Below, in pieces: positions 59,619 to 64,000 of a stretch of 64,000 bases of DNA (its first letter is position 1; each line of letters opens with the position of its first letter). Both the position numbers and the translations under genes were made by a program. Origin of the DNA: Terriglobia bacterium (GTDB taxonomy: Bacteria > Acidobacteriota > Terriglobia > 2-12-FULL-54-10); assembly GCA_963666975.2 (NCBI GenBank), contig CAXVYR010000003.1, forward strand, positions 224,001-288,000, written 5' to 3'. A model generated the notes under the pieces. That model saw only the letters and a program-made list of their open reading frames with translations. It was not told the origin of the DNA and ran no database searches.

Positions 59619-61472
59619 TTACCACTGGGCGGGATTTCCACCCAATTCCACCTGAGCACCAGTGGGTTGCAGGCCAATTTCACGGGCCAAGGAGGGAACC
59701 AAGTGTTCGATCTTCCCGCCTACCATCGTCATCAATGCGCGAATCTCGCGAATGTCATCTAATGGGACGGTCAGGTAATCCTTATCCATCACGACCAAGT
59801 CTGCCCATTTACCCGGCTCCAGCGAGCCCAGCACTTTCTCTCGCTTCACCGCATAAGCCCCAAACAGAGTCGCGACCTTCAGCATCGATTGCCGGTCTAT
59901 CGCCGTCGAAGGCGCATAGACCGTTCCATTTTGGTCTTTATGCGAGAGGCCACTGTAAAGCACGTCAAAGAAGGTCAAATCGGTGTATTCAATAGGCCGA
60001 TCATTCTCCATATTATTCATCACCCCCGCATCAAACATAGCCTTCCGCGGCACTACCTGCATAACGCCCCGCTCTCCGTAGTCCCGCATAATTTCTCGGG
60101 CACCTCCGTCATAGAACGTTATGTCCCATCCGCTGGCCATCATGCCCAGGTCCTTATACCGCTGAATTTGGTCCGTGCGAGGATACATCGCCATGTGGTT
60201 ACTTATATGGCGCTTTTCTCGAATCTCCTCCGGCGTCAAACCTCCATCCTTGCTGGCCTTCTCAATGATGTCGAGCAGCAAATCAATTTCATGGTCCCCA
60301 ATCATATGATTTCCCGACATTTTACCGCCCGCCTTGACGTATTCGTAGAGAGCTCTGGACACACCTTGCCGTGCATACTGAGGATTTGAGCAGGCCCGTG
60401 CCTTACTTTCTTCCGCCTCAGGAGTGATCGGTGTTAGCTTGGTGCATCCTCCGCCATGCTCAGGGTCCATTCCGTCTAACCAGAAATAATCCGACCCCAT
60501 TCCCTCGAACGCCACCAGTGCCTGAACAAAATAGGGGTCCTCAAAGAAGTCGTTTCGAAATGACCAGAACCAGCTCCAGGCAAACCGCATGGCCAGCTGT
60601 CCTCGCCGGTTCAGCGTGCTGTAAATTCGAATCTGCGCAGGAGTGTACAACGACGTACCGTTCAACGTCTGACCATAACCTGTGTACCACGATAGACCCA
60701 GACGGTAGATCTCTGTCACTGCCTCAAAAGGATACATCACGCCAGATTCACTATACCGATAACCATAAATATTTCTTGTTGCCTCAGGAAGAAACTTTTC
60801 CATTGCCTTGCCGTAGACTCCATCTATCTCATCAATAGCTCTTTGGTTATACAGCGATCCAACAAATCCGAGGCGCACATGCACCGGATTGTTGGGGGCC
60901 GCAAGGTCCAGCATCTGTTTGTTAATCTGTCTCCCAATCAAAGCGGAAATTCCAGTTTGCCACTCAGAGTTGTAGTCTTTTCCATACAGCAGAGAAATCC
61001 GCACCCACTTGCCTGGGGTGTCTTTTGCCTTCAGGACAGCTTCTTCCAACACTTGCGGAAACTGTTCCATTACCTCGTCCGGAGACACATTCAGAAAGCG
61101 CTCGATGTGCATGTCGTCGTTGACCACATGCTGGACAATTTTCGGATTTAATGTGTTCCAATCCTGCGGGTGGTCGTGCGTCACGATAAAGCCAGGAACG
61201 ACGGTCCGGCCATTGAGGTCGATTGATTTTGTATTCGCCCCCGCTAGACGGCGGACATCCGCGTTATTTCCAACCTCGACGAGCTTCCCATCCCGGATCG
61301 CAATCGCCTCAGCGATGGTGCCTAACTCCGAGTTGACCTCATGGTTGTCCACTGTGACGATCTTCCCATTGTAGAGAATGGTATCAGGGCCTTGTTGAGC
61401 CCACAGGAAGTCCTGTCCAGCCCAGCTTACCCACATCATTACCGCCAATCCCCAAACCCATTGCCTTTTCAT
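59619..61472 (-). CDS. Exported amidohydrolase (Amidohydro_3/YtcJ-like)
   Basis: Signal peptide, LYNGKIVT, DLNGRTVVPGFIVTHDH, HMIGD, GSLEPGKWADLVV and TMVGGKI. Confidence 0.88.
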   Translation of the reverse strand: MKRQWVWGLAVMMWVSWAGQDFLWAQQGPDTILYNGKIVTVDNHEVNSELGTIAEAIAIRDGKLVEVGNNADVRRLAGANTKSIDLNGRTVVPGFIVTHDHPQDWNTLNPKIVQHVVNDDMHIERFLNVSPDEVMEQFPQVLEEAVLKAKDTPGKWVRISLLYGKDYNSEWQTGISALIGRQINKQMLDLAAPNNPVHVRLGFVGSLYNQRAIDEIDGVYGKAMEKFLPEATRNIYGYRYSESGVMYPFEAVTEIYRLGLSWYTGYGQTLNGTSLYTPAQIRIYSTLNRRGQLAMRFAWSWFWSFRNDFFEDPYFVQALVAFEGMGSDYFWLDGMDPEHGGGCTKLTPITPEAEESKARACSNPQYARQGVSRALYEYVKAGGKMSGNHMIGDHEIDLLLDIIEKASKDGGLTPEEIREKRHISNHMAMYPRTDQIQRYKDLGMMASGWDITFYDGGAREIMRDYGERGVMQVVPRKAMFDAGVMNNMENDRPIEYTDLTFFDVLYSGLSHKDQNGTVYAPSTAIDRQSMLKVATLFGAYAVKREKVLGSLEPGKWADLVVMDKDYLTVPLDDIREIRALMTMVGGKIEHLVPSLAREIGLQPTGAQVELGGNPAQW

Positions 61473-61681
61473 GATTCACCCCCTCGACTATTGTTAGCAG
61501 GTTAATCCAGAAGCTTCGAGTACAAAGTATACGCTCCCTCGTTATCGGTTCCATCTCTTTTCGTCTTTGGATGCAAAGTCCCCGGGGCTGAACCAATTGC
61601 TTCCCCTCTCTACTCGTGTAATTTTTCCTCAAACGCCGTTCCGGTCCGTTCGTGTTGCGAATCAAAGGGGTGGCATGCCCA

Positions 61682-61765
61682 ATGAATGAAAACGGAGTAG
61701 TGTTTCGGCCGAGGAACTGCATATGGCTCCTCGCGGGGCTGATTCTCTTTTCAGCAGGCCCTGCC
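61682..61765 (+). pseudogene. Orphaned 5' end (signal peptide) of an exported protein, cut by the IS
   Basis: MNENGVVFRPRNCIWLLAGLILFSAGPA ends exactly at the IS left inverted repeat. Confidence 0.55.
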
Positions 61766-61852
61766 TGTGCCCCGTCAGGGCTTGTTGGACAGGTAGAGGG
61801 TAATAGTTAAGGTGATGTTTTTGGCTCATCGTAGAGACTGAAAGGAACGAAG

Positions 61853-62224
61853 ATGAGACAAAAACAAGACGACAGGGGGGCGGTCGAGAAGGCCGTCCGG
61901 GAGATCAAACGCAGGACGCGGCGCAGGTTCAGCCCGGAAGACAAAATCCGCATTGTATTGCAGGGACTTCGCGGCGAGGACAGCATCGCGGAGCTGTGCC
62001 GCCGCGAGGGGCTGCACCAGAACCAGTATTACCGCTGGAGCAAGGAGTTTCTGGAGGCTGGCCGCAAGCGGCTGGCGGGCGACATAGACCGTGAGGCAAC
62101 CAGTGGCGAAGTCAAGACTCTGCGGGAGCAGGCCGTACAGCTGAAAGAGGCCCTGGCCGAGGCTATGCTGGAAAATCGCCTGCTAAAAAAAAGCGTGATC
62201 GGGGATGGGGAGGAACATACATGA
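61853..62224 (+). CDS. Transposase OrfA (HTH)
   Basis: 'RRRFSPEDKIRIVL..SIAELCRREG..YYRWSKEF'. A8G slippery site at 62185-62193. Confidence 0.9.
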   Translation: MRQKQDDRGAVEKAVREIKRRTRRRFSPEDKIRIVLQGLRGEDSIAELCRREGLHQNQYYRWSKEFLEAGRKRLAGDIDREATSGEVKTLREQAVQLKEALAEAMLENRLLKKSVIGDGEEHT

Positions 62225-63204
62225 GATACCCTGCCTCGGAGAAGCTGGAGATCATCTGCACGGTGGAGCAATCTGCCCTGGGGGTGCGCCGGACGCTGCA
62301 GCAGGTTGGCATTCCCAGATCGACGTTTTACAACTGGTACGACCGCTATGTGTCGGAAGGCTTTGATGGGCTGGAAGACAAAAAACCCGATCCTGGCCCT
62401 GTCTGGAACAAGGTGCCGGAGGAGATAACTCAGCAGTTGGTGACGTTAGCCCTGGCCGAGCCCGATCTGTCGTCACGCGAGCTGGCGGTGCGTTTTACCG
62501 AGGAAAGGCGGTATTACCTTTCTGAATCGACGGTTTACCGCGTCCTGAAAAGCCATGACCTGATTACCGCGCCAGCCTTTATTGTCCTGAAAGCGGCGGA
62601 ACGGTTCGCCAACCCGACCACGGCGGTCAACCAGCTCTGGCAGACCGACTTCACCTACCTGAAAGTCATCGGTTGGGGCTGGTTCTACCTGTCCACGGTG
62701 CTGGACGACTTCTCGCGCTATATCATCGCCTGGCGGCTGTGCAAAACCATGAGCGCAAGTGACGTCTCGGCCACGTTGCGGGATGCTTTGCAAGCCACCG
62801 GCCTCGACCGCGTGGGCGCCCGGCACAGACCTCGCCTCCTGAGCGACAACGGGCCGTGCTACGTCTCTTCCGAACTGCAATCATGGCTGGCAGAAAACAG
62901 CGTGCCGCATACTCGCGGCAAGCCCTATCACCCCATGACGCAGGGCAAGATCGAACGCTGGCACCGAACTCTGAAAGACCGCATCCTGCTCAACAACTAT
63001 TACCTGCCAGAAGAGCTGGAGCGGCAGATCGATGCCTTCGTCAACCACTACAACACCAACCGATACCATGAAAGCCTGAACAACCTGACACCGTATGACG
63101 TTTTTACAGGCCAAGGCAGTGCCATCCTGCAAAAACGGGATCGCATCAAAGAGAAAACTATGATCTTAAGAAAACGGTTGCACTTCAAAAGAAGGGCAGC
63201 CTAA
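62221..63204 (+). CDS. Transposase OrfB (rve DDE core)
   Basis: WQTDFTY, LDDFSR, LSDNG and QGKIERWH. In the -1 frame relative to OrfA. Confidence 0.93.
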   Translation: MRYPASEKLEIICTVEQSALGVRRTLQQVGIPRSTFYNWYDRYVSEGFDGLEDKKPDPGPVWNKVPEEITQQLVTLALAEPDLSSRELAVRFTEERRYYLSESTVYRVLKSHDLITAPAFIVLKAAERFANPTTAVNQLWQTDFTYLKVIGWGWFYLSTVLDDFSRYIIAWRLCKTMSASDVSATLRDALQATGLDRVGARHRPRLLSDNGPCYVSSELQSWLAENSVPHTRGKPYHPMTQGKIERWHRTLKDRILLNNYYLPEELERQIDAFVNHYNTNRYHESLNNLTPYDVFTGQGSAILQKRDRIKEKTMILRKRLHFKRRAA

Positions 63205-63277
63205 CATCAACCCAGAGGAGCCTGAACGCCACCTTATCTTTTTATGCTCTGTGTCCAACATTATCTGACGACGTACA

Positions 63278-64000
63278 ATCGGCTGAAAGAAAGCAACCTT
63301 GACTACTACCCGGATGAGCAGGCGCGGCTCGGTATCCTTACGGAATCAGACGGAAGCATCACCAAGGTGGATGTAAACCCGAGTGTTGTGCCGTATTTGG
63401 AAGTAATCCCTATTCCGAAGGGTCCGCCTGTGGGCAGAGGAATCGCCGAATACGAGGGCGTTCGGTTTTTGCCGGCAGATGAAAATTTCTTCACCGTGCG
63501 CGTAGACCACAAGATTACCGACCGGGATAGCTTTTTCGCCCGCTATACGTTTGATGACGCTACAAGCGTTTCCGCACAAGGCCCCGTAGATTTCACGCTC
63601 TTGAACGATAGTCGCCAGCAGTACCTTACCCTGGTGGAATCCCACATTTTCAGCCCCAGCCTGTTAACTTCCTTGCGGTTTGGCTACACCCGGCCTGTGA
63701 TAGCCACCGACAATCTTTCTTCCATTGAGATTCCAAAGTCTCTGTATTATGTTCCCGACGCTCCCAATTTCGGTCGTATCCGTGTACCCGGCATGACAGG
63801 TTTCGGCCACAATGCGGTTGCCCCGAAGGCCAATACTGCAAACACGTTCCAATTCGCAGGAGACGTACTGGTGCAGAGAGGGGCACATGCGATCAAAACG
63901 GGACTGGAAGTACATCGCTACCGTTGGGACATGTCCTCCAGTTGGAATAAAGGGGGTTCTTGGGTTTTCAATAGTCTGGAGAGCTTTTTGCAAGGAGGTC
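63278..64000 (+). pseudogene. 5'-truncated TonB-dependent receptor paralog (continues beyond the window)
   Basis: From 63280: RLKESNLDYYPDEQARLGI...LPADENFFTVRVDHKITDRDSFFARYTFDDA...NTFQFAGD...GLEVHRYRWD...WVFNSLESFLQGG. This aligns with the middle of the 53900-57196 receptor; there is no start codon. Confidence 0.88.

Larger units (their letters stand above)
61766..63277 (+). mobile_element. IS3/IS481-like insertion sequence, 1512 bp, no target duplication
   Basis: 26-bp imperfect inverted repeats TGTGCCCCGTCAGGGCTTGTTGGACA and TGTCCAACATTATCTGACGACGTACA. The flanks (CCTGCC and ATCGGC) differ. Confidence 0.88.

Noticed and set aside
53900-64000. Diversity-generating retroelement, with the two receptor copies as TR/VR
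   Set aside because: Divergence is general and codon-patterned rather than adenine-specific, and no reverse transcriptase is present.

Overview
This is a GC-rich bacterial chromosome segment, most likely Acidobacteriota, judging by gene content and repeat types. The first ~51 kb is mainly housekeeping genes: a RelE/YefM-like toxin-antitoxin pair, class II ribonucleotide reductase nrdJ with tandem NrdR boxes, the racemase-independent murL-murD2 pair, argCB plus a short argA with ARG boxes, an acyl-CoA carboxylase, hslVU, a SpoIVB/ECF-sigma cluster, aroK, fadNAE-type beta-oxidation genes and pyrRBC. From about 51.7 kb to the end is an accessory region. It holds two amidohydrolases, one intact and one IS-truncated TonB-dependent receptor, a decayed IS1016-group element with an 8-bp TSD, an IS3/IS481-like element, and a duplicated ~240-bp module with iteron-like repeats. 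The most unusual signal is a layered set of miniature selfish DNA. It includes a GxxExxY nuclease gene bracketed by 28-bp inverted repeats, wedged between murL and murD2, and REPIN-like doublets. It also includes a ~24-bp palindromic mini-element seen three times, always in or against another repeat (twice in-frame, in nrdJ and murL), and frequent 9-16-bp tandem micro-duplications. I saw no rRNA, tRNA or CRISPR array. All calls come from reading motifs by eye; no database search was run.
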